Shown here: one piece after another, positions 39,301 to 52,123 of the stretch
How positions within the stretch are numbered: position 1 is the first letter of the stretch
How the letters are laid out: every line of letters starts with the position of its first letter
Assembly: GCF_963676685.1 (NCBI RefSeq)
Contig: NC_092347.1
Span: forward strand, 24,428,001 to 24,492,000
DNA length: 64,000 nucleotides
Reading direction: 5' to 3'
Origin: Mytilus edulis
Lineage: Eukaryota
The notes under the pieces: generated by a model
What the model saw: only the letters and a program-made list of their open reading frames with translations
Databases searched by the model: none
What the model was told of the DNA's origin: nothing
Program-made: the position numbers and the translations under genes

Positions 39301-41291
39301 GATGCGCATTATTTCCCGAAAATTTAAATTTATCCCAAATCCAAAATAAAATTGAAATTGTTCCAAAAAGCAAAATATATCTTGGGGAATCGATATTTGT
39401 ATGCTAAAAAATAGATAAATGTATATAGTTTAAGTCAAGCAATATTTGTTTTTTAATTTTAAGATGCAATTATTAATTATTATTCATAGAACAGTCTTCT
39501 AATGAAGTGTTTGTAGTTGCACAAACATCTGCCATTAGCAAATAGCGATCATTTTGTTATTCTATGTTAAGAAATCATATGGCCAATTGTCAATATCAGG
39601 GAGGAAAATGATTTTCCATAATAAAAAAGGGGTATTTAAAGTTCGAAAAGAATATTAGACCCTCTACAGTATATCTAGTGTTTGTAATTTAACAAATATT
39701 ACTGGTTATTTTATTTGACATTATGATACCAGTATTATTTGATTTTATTTGTTTCCTTCGTATTCCATTCATGTTTCCCCTCCCGAGTCAATGTTTGGTA
39801 AACTACTGTAGATACTGTTTTGTTGAGATTTTCCTGATCAACTTGAAAAAATTCTTGAAAATGATTGACAACTTCATGTGAAAATATTTCTCCTTGTAAG
39901 AAAATAGTTTATTCTTTCAAATCTGTTGGTGGCTTTTTTCTTTCTATCAATGATAGGGTAGTATTCCAATCTCTCTCTTTTATTATCATTTTATATTTTA
40001 TAGGTGTTTCATACTTCTTTGCAGTTTCTGGATGAATTGATCTTATATATGCAGCGTTCATCATTCAAATTTTTCTTGATTTTTGTTTAAACATCTGTCA
40101 TTTGGTTTACAAGGGATTGTTTAATATGAGCAATGTTCTTCAATTCATACTGCTTATACATAAGGTTGAATTTGTACTTTGATTGGCTTACCTTTGCGTT
40201 CTACTATAGAGGTTTAGTTTGAAAACTAAATCAAAATCGTCACCCCTTAGACTATTTTTTACTCAATTCTTTCAGATTCCTCTCATCTTGTTCTTTCCAT
40301 TATTATCATCATCTACTTTATTTAGTGGTCATATTTCGTCATTGGTTTATTATCGGTGAGTGCATTTCATGACTACCAAGAAAACATATGTTCCTGTTAT
40401 ACAAGACGCCATTGCATTTATTTAACCAATATATCCTGTCCATTTACCCCTAGTCAGCACTCCATATTTGTGAGTATAGGATCATGTGCATTAGTATTGC
40501 CAAATTCAATACTGGAATCGAGTTGACACAGTCCTTGTTATTTCATAAAACTCATGGTTTCAATTTATTAAGCTCCCTATTTTTACTCACCTTGATTAAA
40601 AAATTTGATGGGATTAAGTTCAAAAACAATATCATCTAATTCCATCAGTTAATACTGTATCTTAGAGTTTTTCCTTTTGAGCGTGCGACCTTTTCTCTCG
40701 ATAAAATTGATAAGACAGGACAGTCCATAAATTTCCATTCTGCTGCAGTGTACTTGTTAATGTAAATGCTCCTGTTGACCTTATGTCATTGTGTCATAGT
40801 TTCATGATAATATCTTTTATTTAAGTAAAATGAGGAGCTAGTCTAAATATTTCTATTTGAAAACAGGATTTAGAAATCTACTATACCCTTTTGCTTCTGA
40901 GTTATCTATCTTTGATGCTTTAAGTGCAAACTAAAATCAATTCATCATATAGATATGAATACTTTATTTGGTGATAAATCGGGTTTTGTTTTATGTCGTC
41001 GTTAAATTGGATGACAATGTTATGTTTAAGAATTGTGTCCCATTTTTTCATACAATGCTATACATAGGTAAAATTTATCGAGAATCCACAGCTTTTCGTT
41101 TCTCGTACCCTTATCCTTGCCAAAATGCTGAGCTTTAAAAAAGGAGTTTGATACATTTAAAGTTAGCAATGAATTTTCTACAACCAGTTTTTAAATAAAG
41201 ATAGTAGATAAAGCCATAAAATATCGACATACTCAAGTACACCTTCTAATGTGTGCTAGAATTAATATTCCTGACTAAGGTCTAAAGCATA

Positions 41292-41555
41292 CACTGTAAT
41301 TCAGTGGTTGTCGTTTGTTTATGTGTTATCTATTTGTTTTTTGTTCATTTTTTTTATATAAGTAAGGCCGTTAGTTTTCTCGTTTGAATTGTTTTACATT
41401 GTCATTTCGGGGCCTTTTATAGCTTACTATGCGGTATGGGCTTTGCTCATTGTTGAAGGCCGTACGGTGACCTATAGTTGTTAATTTCTGTGTCATTGTG
41501 GTCTCTTGTGGACGGTTGTCTCATTGGCAATCATACCACATCTTCTTTTTTATAC
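41292..41555 (+). mobile_element. Abundant SINE-like repeat tail. Other copies at about 18480-18780, 46850-47120, 53635-53700, 59835-59920, 63560-63675
   Basis: Shared gctcattgttgaaggccgtacg.tgacctatagttg...gtctcattggcaatcataccacatct. Confidence 0.75.
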
Positions 41556-42013
41556 TTTAAAACTTATTTTTCAAAGAATTAATTGATTACTGTATTTGTT
41601 TTGTTGAACGTCTAGTGCAATAAACTTCGACCGACAGCTTGGTTTGTTATTAATTACAGCACATTGAACAGCAACATCAACATGCTAAATACTGTTTTGC
41701 TAAACATACTTAATAGTTTAGGTCGTTAGCACTAGACATATCAAATATATTAAGATTTTAAAATGTGTCAACAATCAGTTAAACAACAGTGTTTATGAAA
41801 GTTGAAAGTGTCTTATGGGTTTGTTTCACAGTTGCATGTATCAGTCTATAAATTTTGGCTGGTGACCGTGAAATCTTTGTTGCGTCAATTTCAGTCACTT
41901 TTACTCTGGAGTCAATTTCACAAACAAAAAAAACTTTCGACTTAAGACACTTAGATTGATTGTAAGTATACTTCATCGCTATTTTGTGCATTTTCCTTTG
42001 ACCTTTTTTTTGT

Positions 42014-42247
42014 TATAATTTTCATATCATGCTACTCGCTTGAGATGGAAAATTATCGCTAGAAACTAAGGCGGCACGTGGCGTTGCTAATGTAATTGAC
42101 ATGAAATTGACAGCGTCGTCATAGGTAAAATAGCGATAAACAGATTATCATTGGTCATCTCAACTCGATTGATTTTCTCGCTTGAGCCGTACCCGGCTCA
42201 AGCGAGAAAATCAATCTCGTTGAGATGATCAACGATAATCTATAATT
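42014..42247 (+). mobile_element. Short element with a 100-bp terminal hairpin
   Basis: Hairpin 42142-42241 with a 23-bp perfect inner stem. Inverted repeat ttatcgcta (42053) / tagcgataa (42131). tataatt direct repeats at both ends. Confidence 0.55.
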
Positions 42248-42571
42248 ATTGTGTATTCTAATTTGTATTTTTTCTTTAGGAAACAGCTCCAGAACTCTGT
42301 CTCAGCTGTTTTTGTGTTAGAAGAACATCCCTCTTTATGAAGTCCATATAATGTTAACAAACACGTGCGTAACGTATTAATTGTGATATGAAACCGGCAA
42401 ACGACGAGGAAAAGGTATGTTAATAATATAAAATTGATGTTAACAATATGAATACTGATATCATCACGTTTGTCATGGTTTCATAGCAATTGCAGAATAC
42501 GTGTTGTCAGTAAAGGATATCCATGATGTTAGTCTAAACACAATTATTTATCTATCTTATTAAAGTTGACA

Positions 42572-43520
42572 TTAAAGATGGACGAAAAATAGTTGTAGGA
42601 CATTCAAACTCGAAAACAAACTGACAACGCCATGGCTAAAAAGATAAAGATAGTAGTACACAACACTCAACATAGAAAAATAAAGACTAAGCACCGAGAA
42701 CCCCACCAAAAACTGGGGGTGATCGCAAGTGCTCCGTAAGTGAAAGCAGATCTTGCTCCACATGAGGCAGCCGTCTTGCTGCTCATGTTAGTAAAAATGT
42801 TGTTCACAAAGAAGATATTTAACAAAAATTTCCAAGTGGTGAAGTTGAAATCATCCCGTCATTGAAAGTTTAAAGACGCCATCATTAGTTGATTGACAGT
42901 TATTGAATATCAGCTTCATAGATGATGACGGATATATTCCGAATGTCGTAACTACAACACTGTCCCCTTTTCCTAAAGTGACCTATCGCTTAAGACTTAT
43001 TACCGCGTTTGTGTTGACACGAATAACACTACAGGTGACACATGTGGAGAAGAATCTGCTTACCCTTCCAGCGCACTCCAAATTACCCCAGTTTTCTCTT
43101 ATTTTTGAGAAATTGAGATAAGACGTGGCACGGTACTTGTCTATCCCAAATTCATGTATTTGGTTTTCATGTTATATTTGTTATTCTCGTGGTGTTTTGT
43201 CTGATGCTTGGTCCGTTTCTGTGTGTGTAACGTTTCGGTATTATGTCGTTGTTCTCCTCTTATATTTAATGCGTTTCCCTCGGTTTTAGTTTGTTACCCC
43301 GATTTTGTTTTTTGTCCATGGATTTATGAGTTTTGAACAGCGGTATACTACTGTTGCCTTTATTTGGTTGGGTGCTTGTTGCAGTCTTTAGTTTTCTATG
43401 TTGTGTTTTGTATACTGCTGTTTGCCTGTTTGTCTTTTTCCCTTTATTTAGCAATGGCGTTGTCAGTTTATTTTCAACTGTGAGTTAGAATGACCCTCTA
43501 GTATCTTTCGCCTCTCTTGT
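42572..43520. mobile_element. Penelope-like fragments in inverted arrangement (minus 42572-42795; plus 42800-43520, interrupted by another repeat at about 43110-43345)
   Basis: Both parts are homologous to 3781-4238. The plus part encodes KIFNKNFQVVKLKSS. An inverted, truncated terminal copy is typical of PLEs. Confidence 0.65.
43110..43345 (+). repeat. Dispersed repeat (also about 2070-2250 and 5400-5500)
   Basis: Near-identical gtttccctc.gttttagtttgt...ttgaacagcggtatact. Confidence 0.75.
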
Positions 43521-44881
43521 TTGATATCAAACATACAATGTAAACACCATTAGTGCCACAATGCATCAAATAAAAGAATAAAGTAGCTGCCCAAATGTGT
43601 AGAAAAAATAACTATTATTAAAGGATAACCAAAACAAATAACTACAATATTTTTTTTCTTTTCGCATATACCATACCGCTCATTTATCATCTATTTTATA
43701 TCTGCATTTAATCATAAAGTATTATCATGTGATCCTCAATTATTTTGTCCAAATAAAAATACACTGATATATACCAACTATTGTCTTTAAATAATATATT
43801 ATTCTGGACTGACTGAGTTAAGCATTCCGAAAGTAATGAATAAATTGTGATAAAGGGAAACCGAAATGCCGATCAATTTACCCGTGAACTAGAATCAATG
43901 ACCGCACTCGCTTTATTATTTATCCTTTAATGTCTTCATCAATGATCCGCCTGTATATGGTTCCTTTAAACTGATATACACTGATAACGGCTTTATGCAT
44001 TGTGAATTAGCACAAGAGTCGTCTTCAAGTCGGTTTTTTACACGTATGACGTAAACTCAGATACAATCTTATTTATGTCGTAAATTTATATGGCACAATG
44101 TTATCCCCACCATGGGAAATATTAAAACGTTCTATCTATATCTTATACCACAATGGAATAAAACCTTACCGTAGACTGCACTTTCTTTCAAACGAGGCTA
44201 TTGTTCCTTATTGATAAAATAAAATTGTCTGATGGCATTAGCATTCCTTAATCTCATCATCTTTAACTAGTATTGCTTTGCTCTAAATTACGTTTTAGGG
44301 TCATAACGACTCTCGTATGTCTTTTTCGTTTCTCTTAATCATTGACGATACAGACAAATAAATTGAGGTTTTGTAATAGAGAAAACTTCCCGTATTTAAG
44401 AGCTCTTCCTTCGCAATCATTCTGAATAGCTTTTAATTTCGAAATTGACAGAATTGTGCACTATTATATGTACGACACTGTTATACCGTAGTCCGTTTTT
44501 TTACTAAACATTATATATGAATAAAAGGAAATACAAGTATATTTAATATTGGCACAAACTCATTGTATATTAACAGTTAATAGTTAAGACATATGATATA
44601 TTAACAGTGGTGGTAAAATAAAAAGTTTTATCATATACCTATTTTTTTTTTTCATAATATGACAATCTAACATGGAACTGAACAATCACTATCTTTGTGA
44701 CGCAGTGGATTCGAGCGTCACTGATGCAATTTTTGTAAACAAAACGCGCGTCTGGCGTGAATACAAAATTTAATCCTGGTATCTATGATGAGTTTATTTA
44801 CAACCACTGGATCGATGCCAATGCTGGTAGAGATTAATTCCCCAGCCCAGTATACTACCAACAATTTGACTAGCGTTTACA

Positions 44882-45016
44882 TGTACATTAAATGCCGCTA
44901 TAAAAACAGTACTTTTAGGAAACATTACTAATCAGTACATTAAATGCCGCTATATAAACAGTAAGTTTAGTAAACATTACTAAACAGTACATTAAATGCC
45001 GCTATATAAACAGTCA
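44882..45016 (+). repeat. About 2.5 tandem copies of an approximately 52-bp unit
   Basis: gtacattaaatgccgctata.aaacagt is repeated three times. Confidence 0.85.
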
Positions 45017-45395
45017 TTTTTCAGTACTGAAAATTTCAGCCATTTTTCAGTACTGAAAATTTCAGCCATTTTTCAGTACTGAAAATTTCAGCCATTTTTT
45101 AGTACTGAAAATTTCAGCCATTTTTCAGTACTGAAAATTTCAGCCATTTTTCAGTACTGAAAATTTCAGTCATTTTTCAGTACTGAAAATTTAAGTCATT
45201 TTTCAGTACTGAAAATTTCAGTCATTTTTCAGTACTGAAAATTTCAGTCATTTTCAGTACTGAAAATTTCAGTCATTTTTCAGTACTGAAAATTTCAGTC
45301 ATTTTTCAGTACTGAAAATTTCAGTCATTTTTCAGTACTGAAAATTTAATTATTTTACAGGACTGAAAATTCAATCATTTTTAAGTACAGAAAGT
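45011..45395. repeat. 26-bp minisatellite with a 16-bp palindromic core (about 15 units)
   Basis: Unit tttttcagtactgaaaatttcag(c/t)ca; 13 near-perfect plus 2 degenerate copies. Confidence 0.95.
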
Positions 45396-45469
45396 TGTAG
45401 TCAAATTCAAGACCTAATAAAAAAACTCGGTTATGCTATCACAAGGGGCCCTATCACAAATATCATAAG

Positions 45470-45896
45470 CCCCAAGGGTGAGTTGGGAATAGAAATATGC
45501 TCACTTGGTCCTGTTCCGATCGGCAGTAAAAAGCTTGTTAAAGTGGGGCGTCCGTCTGGCTGTGAAAGATGTATCAAATTTGCAGCTACGTCCTGTCAGA
45601 ATGCATATATCGAGGTTTAATCCAATGCCTCGAGTAAATAGAGTGACAAGATCTCTGTTAAGAACTCTTGCAACAACTCTTCTTGTTGCATGGCAAAATT
45701 TTGTCCCTTACTTATATACCTTTATTTTCCAGTAGAAGTCGAAATTCCCCCTGATCATCATCGGGATGGGCCTCTATTATTAAAAGACCTACTAGTACCT
45801 GTTGTATTTATTGTTAACTTGTTCTCGTCCAGAACCATCGTGAAATATTTGCCACTGGACATAAAGCAATCAACAATCAATAAAAATTAATCATCA
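45470..45896 (+). mobile_element. SINE-like retroposon with a 14-bp TSD
   Basis: TSD acaaatatcataag at 45456-45469 and 45897-45910. The 3' tail gccactggac.taaagcaa(tcaa)n resembles I/Nimb-type LINE tails. Confidence 0.8.
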
Positions 45897-47784
45897 ACAA
45901 ATATCATAAGTTGGTTTGGGATAAAAACAAGAATTTTATTTTAAAACTCCATGGCTATATTTAATCTTTCATTTCAACACATTAATACATTAAAGAGGAT
46001 TCTTTTGATGAACTTTATGACCACATTCGTTATGTGCCTGTTTCAAGCCACGACTTCTCATTTTTGATTGTTGTTATTTGTTGTATGTCATAACTGGTGT
46101 TATTCAATGTTTTTGGCGTAAACCAGTGCGGGTTTTTTTTCCTGACGATTAGTTTCGCTAGTTATCAAGATGACTTTTACAGCTTTCCATGCGCAATGAT
46201 GTTTTCATTGATGATTTATGTGAAAGGCGGAAAAGGAGCTGTCATAAAAACAGTCAAATTCAATCACATTAGCAACAAATACAAAACTATCAGACAGGGG
46301 TCACCAATACAGTTTTTCAATATTAAGCAGTCAGCACCATACAAGAAGTTCTGAATAGGTCCGAGAGAAAAAAAATAGATGTCATCTAGATGTAAAGCAC
46401 AATGTCAGAATATCGTTCATCAAACTAAATGTATAACTACACAAAGACATATCTATAACATGACTTCGTCCGACTTGGGACAGAGGTGCATATAAATATG
46501 GTGGGTTAAACCGATTTTGTCGACGTCTGACGTTGAACATTATGGTTATTTATATAGTATCCTTGTTCTGTTGTTGTTCGTTGGGAGGCATACCACATCT
46601 CCTTGTTTTATTAATAGAACTAAATATGTAGATTATATATATGCAGTCGTCTATATTAAAACTGTTGCTCTTTCATACTTTCTTGTAGCACTTGAAATGC
46701 AATGACGTCTTTAATATAGTTCACGTTTCTCTTATAGATAGAAAAGATTCTGTTGATACCATGACAGTTTGTTATCAGTAATAATTTAAAAGTAATTCAA
46801 AAGAATAAGCACACGTTTCAAGATATTTTTATAACATTAACCTTGGATCAAGTCAGGAACCTGTAGTCTAGTGGTTGTGGTTGGTTCATTTCGGTAATAT
46901 TTGTTGTTTGTAAATTGTTTTGTTATACATGTACATTAGGCAGTTAATATTCTGATATGAATTGTTTCATATTCATATTTCACATGTTTAAACGATTTAT
47001 AGCGACTTTTACTCACTCTATGAAGGTCGTACAGTCGACTACAATTGCGTATATCTACCTAAAACTTTGGTGAATTATTATAGTTGTATCATTGAAAATT
47101 ATAACAACATTCCTTATTTTTACCAACACTGATATTTTCTATTCAACGGCAAGAAAATAGAACTTTGCTTCGTATTGTTCTTTGTGTGGTTTTAATATAG
47201 CATAAGAATTTTGACAGCAGTAGATTTTGAATGAAAAGCTGGACTAATTTTTAGGGTAGTAAGGCAGAATCCAATTAAAATACATAATTCTAAATATGAA
47301 AAGAAATGTTAGTTAAATCTCCACAAAACAGTAACACTTCTACAAAAGATATTTCAGTCTATTACTAATTGGAGTCTTATTAGATTTTCTTCATCTTTTA
47401 CGTTACAAGTAAAGGAGTGTTCAAGTGCAAAAAAATGATTTTTTTTTGTCCTTGACCTAAAGCACTTTCAAAATCACGGTTAGTGTAAAAGATCTAAACT
47501 ACAGACAAATTTTCTACCTATGAACCCAAAGTGAATCGATCTATCACATGATTTTTTTTAATTGGAAATGAACACGAATCGAGTCTTCACACGAATTTAA
47601 CAGTAACTGAACATATTGTAGATAATATTATAGAAAGTAAATATGACTTTTTTGGGTCGTGAGCATGTTTTATACAACCTATCTTTATTTCTTTCTTGTT
47701 GATCAAATTTCTTGGTCCTCAACAATTAAAGTCAGTCCTGTAAGCTCTAACCAATAATGTCTCAGACAAATACAACTTATAAGA

Positions 47785-48650
47785 TGCAACGAGAATGCTC
47801 AAGCTGAAACGTTTCGCTTGCTTTTATATTCACGAATTATTTTATGCTGATAGACTAAGGTTAGAGTTTTAGTACAGGTGTCACATACATCACACATTGT
47901 CAAAGATCCATGAAAATGAAGTCAATGTGAGATAAACCAATTTAAGTCAGAAAGACATGTATAGCTTATACACGCGTAATATAGTTTTTCTATTGCTTAT
48001 CTCATACAAGAAACAGCCAAAACAATGAAAATTACATATTGACCAATGAACCATGAAAAAATAAAGTCAAGGTGACTCGTCAGATGACCCCTGCTAGACA
48101 AGACATTTAAATCATAAAATCATTTCATACACTATATCTAGTTTTATATACTAGTATTGCTAAAAGAAATAGACAAAAAAACTAAATTTAACATTGACTA
48201 ATGACCTGTTCAAATTAGACAAATAATAGTTCACAAGACACATAGAAAACTAATGACTAAGCAACACGAATCCCACCATGGGTTTGATCTCGGGTGCTCC
48301 TGAAGGGTATGCTGATCCTGTTCCACATATAAATGTAGCACCCATCCTGTTGCTCATGTTATTACAAATCCGTTAAATAGTCCAATTCGGTAGTTCATTA
48401 ATAGGTAAGTGGGAAAATAACATAATAAAAATAGAAATTTGTTTTCAAGCAGTTGCTTGACAATGAAAATGAGGTCAAGGCCAACAGACACAATACAGAC
48501 TTTCGTTATACATGTATAAGCCACAAGGTATGAAGCCTCCAGTTAAAGTCAATTACCATATAAAATATCAAGCTCAATACAAATAGCTAACGCCGTAGGA
48601 TTGTTATCTGTATCTTTCGCATGTCACAGGCATGACAATAAAGCAAGAAG
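47785..48650. mobile_element. Older degenerate copy of the 49636 HINE family, interrupted by a Penelope-like fragment (about 48215-48400)
   Basis: Shared start gaga.tgc....gctgaaa, ccatgaaaa repeats, and the end agctaacgccg. Confidence 0.6.
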
Positions 48651-49635
48651 ACAAGCAAAGTCATGTACATCGATGACTCGCATCCTGGATTTTAGTTGTA
48701 TTTGTTGATCAACTTTGAAACAAATTACTCAGGGAAAACGGTCTTACTTGCAAAAGACAGAACGAAACTTTTTTTTCTAATCCATTTATCAACTTAATAT
48801 TCTAAAAATAATTTATTCAAACGCCTGTACCAAGGGACCTTCTCATTGCTTGTCTCATGTCCAAAAAAACATTGATTTAGTTTTCATTCACAATGCAGAG
48901 CATGCTACATGTATCAAGTGTCGATGGTATGCTTCCCTTTTGATTTTTGTTTGGTGTTTTTTATCGATTGATTGCTGTCGGATACGAATGCGTTTTTTTT
49001 TTGGGGGGAGGGGGACAGGGACCCATTCCTCTATATGGAGCTACATGAATGGTGAAAGCATAAAATTTCTACATGTCACACAACATGGAAAGGCCTATTT
49101 CAATGTTTTGTACTTAAATGTTTCATTTAAAACTAAATTTTCTCTTTTGGGACTTTATCTGTAATGTTCATACAATAATTTTAATTTAAATTGTATATTA
49201 TTATGAACGAGCTTCTGGTTTTGAAAATATACACTCATGGCAAGTTATTATAGGTTCTTTCGGTCTCTTTAAAAATACACCACCACTGTATGTCTCTTAC
49301 AGTTTTGTTTAAATGTTCTTCCCTGCACATAATTACTTATTTGTATGTTATATTCTTGTAGGATGTTGATTCAATGATAAAATCCTGTTTAATAAACCGT
49401 ATTAGACTCTTGGAATTCTTCATTCTGTTGCTGAAATCTAAAAATAAAATTCAGGGTACAATTTTCTTAAATAATCATCAAATACTACGGTAACCTTACC
49501 AATCAGGGTTATTATTAAGGAATTTTAAGATGAGTCCATACATTCAGCATTTCTGACACGTGCAATGGTGAGATTAAGGATTTTTTGTGATTTATAATTT
49601 ATCATTGCAGTCTCCATGATAAACTAGAACAAGAT

Positions 49636-50731
49636 AAACGAGAGTGCACACGCTGAAATATCTCGCCTTCTTTACTTATCATTGATATTATGTTGATAGT
49701 CCTAAGTATAAAGCTTTATTAAAGACTGTCACATAAACTTAACATTAACCAAGATAACTAAAAAAAAGACCAATGAACCATGAAAATGAGGTCAAGGTCA
49801 GATGAACCATGCCAGGCAGACATGTACAGCTATGCTTCCATACAACAAATATAGTTGACCTATAACTTATAGTTTAAGAAAAACAGACCAAAACACAAAA
49901 AACTTAACACTGAGCAATGAACCATGAAAATGAGTTCAAGGTCAAATTAAACCTGCACGACTGACATATAGATCATAAAATATTTCCATACACTAAATAT
50001 AGTTGACCTATGGCATATAGTATTAGATAAAAAGGCCAAAACTCAAAAACTTAACTTTGACCACTGAACCATGAAAATGAGGTCAAGGTCAGATGACATC
50101 TGCTCGCTAGACATGTACACCTTACAATCATTCCATACAACAAATATAGAAGATCTATTGCATAAATTATGAGAAAAACAGACCAAAACACAAAAATCTA
50201 ACTATAACCACTGAACCATGAAAATGAGGTCAAGGTCAGATGACATCGGCCAGTTGGACATGTACACCTTGCAGTCCTTCCATACACCGAATATACTAGC
50301 CCTATTGATTATAGTATCTGAGATATGGACTTGACCACCAAAACTTAACCTTGTTCACTGATCCATGAAATGAGGTCGAGGTCAGGTGAAAACTGTCTGA
50401 CGGGCATGAAGAACTTGCAAGGTATGCACATACCAAATATAGTTATCCAATTAGTTATAATAAGAGAGAATTTAACATTACAAAAAATATTAACTTTTTT
50501 TTCAAGTGGTCACTGAACCATGAAAATGAGGTCAAGGACATTGGACATGTTACTGACCAAAAGTTCGTAACATGAGGCATCTATATACAATTTGTGAAGC
50601 ATCCAGGTCTTCTACCTTCTAAAATTTAAAGCTTTTAAGAAGTTAGCTAACGCCGCCGCCGTAGCCGCCGCCGCCGGATCACTATCCCTATGTCGAGCTT
50701 TCTGCAACAAAGGTTGCAGGCTCGACAAAAA
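49636..50731. mobile_element. Helentron-type non-autonomous element (HINE/DINE-like) with about six 147-bp internal repeats
   Basis: Repeats of gaaccatgaaaatgaggtcaagg, a (GCC)n microsatellite, and a terminal stem-loop gtcgagc..ctgcaac/gttgcag..gctcgac followed by an A-run. Confidence 0.75.
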
Positions 50732-50764
50732 TTTAATAATGACATTAACGGTATCAATTTTTCT

Positions 50765-50808
50765 GCACCAGATGCGCATTTCGACAACACTTGTCTCTTC
50801 AGTGATGC
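50765..50808 (-). ncRNA. Type I minimal hammerhead ribozyme (intact core), family B
   Basis: Minus strand reads GCAUCA-CUGAAGA-GACA(agugu)UGUC-GAAAU-GCGC-AUC|UGGUGC, with compensatory changes relative to family A in all three stems. Confidence 0.85.
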
Positions 50809-51139
50809 TCGTGGCCAAAATATTTAAAATCCAAAGCGTATATAAAAGATGAAGAGCTATAATAAGTTAACCCTTAAAATTAGATCTATGAATATTTTTT
50901 AGTCATTGCTATAACATTGTTTTTATTATCCATAGTTCATGGATGGAGTATGATGCATGCACATACATAATTTTTTAAATTCTGTATTTTACTGATAAAT
51001 ATACTCACTTTTATAGTCAACATCACACTTTTACACTAACAGCAGCAACTGCAGGTGAGACACAGAGTTCTGTGGATTCATTTAGAAAATGTTCAATCTA
51101 TGTATCCCTATGAAGATTTCTTGTTCCCTAGTTTGGTAA

Positions 51140-52123
51140 AATAATTAAGCTCATTAGTATGCAGAGGAAACCAGTTTTTACAATTCTAGATAAGTTAACG
51201 GACAATGATAACGGATAAAAATTTATGAATATAGCAAAGTGGGCTAAAACAAATATGAAATAATATAAAATAAAATTTTGAATTAAAACCAAAAAGTATA
51301 CAGATCTAAGATTAATGTTACAAAGAAGTATGTAAAGTTTAAGCAATAATCATAAATTGATTTTGAGATACGGCGTGACATGCATGTAAAAATACCCTCC
51401 CCCTTTTTTACAAAATACTAAATAACTGAAAAATGAAATTTTAAATCATCACCAAAAAGTATACAGATCTTGAGATCAATATAACAAAGAAGTGTGTAAA
51501 GTTTTAAGCAACAATCATAAATTGATTTTGAGATACGGCGTGACATGTAAAAATACCCTCCCCCTTTTTTACAAAATACTAAATAACTGAAAAACAATAT
51601 TTTAAATCATCACCAAAAAGTATACAGATCTTAAGATTAATATAACAAAAAAAAGTGTGTAAAGTTTTAAGCAATAATCATAAATCGTTTTTGAGATACG
51701 TCGCGACATGTAAAAATCCCCTCCCCTTTTTTACAAAATACTAAATAACTCAAAAATGAAATTTTGAATCATCACCAAAAAGTATACAGATCTTAAAATT
51801 AATATAACTAAGAAGTGTGTAAAGTTTTAAGCAATAATCAAAAATTGTTTTTGATATACAGTGCGACATGTGAAAAAAACACCCCCCTGTTTTAGTTACA
51901 AAGTGCCGCAACTCAAAAAGTTTTAATCTTATTTTGACCGAAAAGTATACAGATCATTTGACTATCATAAGAAACAACTACAATAAGTTTCGTGAAATTT
52001 GGATAAGTCGTTCTCAAGTTACGGCGCGACATGTTTACGCCGGACAGACGGACAGACGGACGGACACCGGACATTTGTATAACATATTACGTCCCGTCAA
52101 AATTTTGACGGGCGTATAAAAAA
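51140..52123. mobile_element. HINE-like element with about five 162-bp internal repeats
   Basis: aaaagtatacagat recurs at about 51291, 51453, 51615, 51777 and 51940. (GACA/GACG)n microsatellite and terminal palindrome cccgtcaaaattttgacggg. The left boundary is approximate. Confidence 0.75.

Noticed and set aside
45011-45395. CRISPR-like array of palindromic repeats
   Set aside because: The 'spacers' are about 10 bp and nearly identical, no cas genes are present, and the context is eukaryotic. It is a minisatellite.
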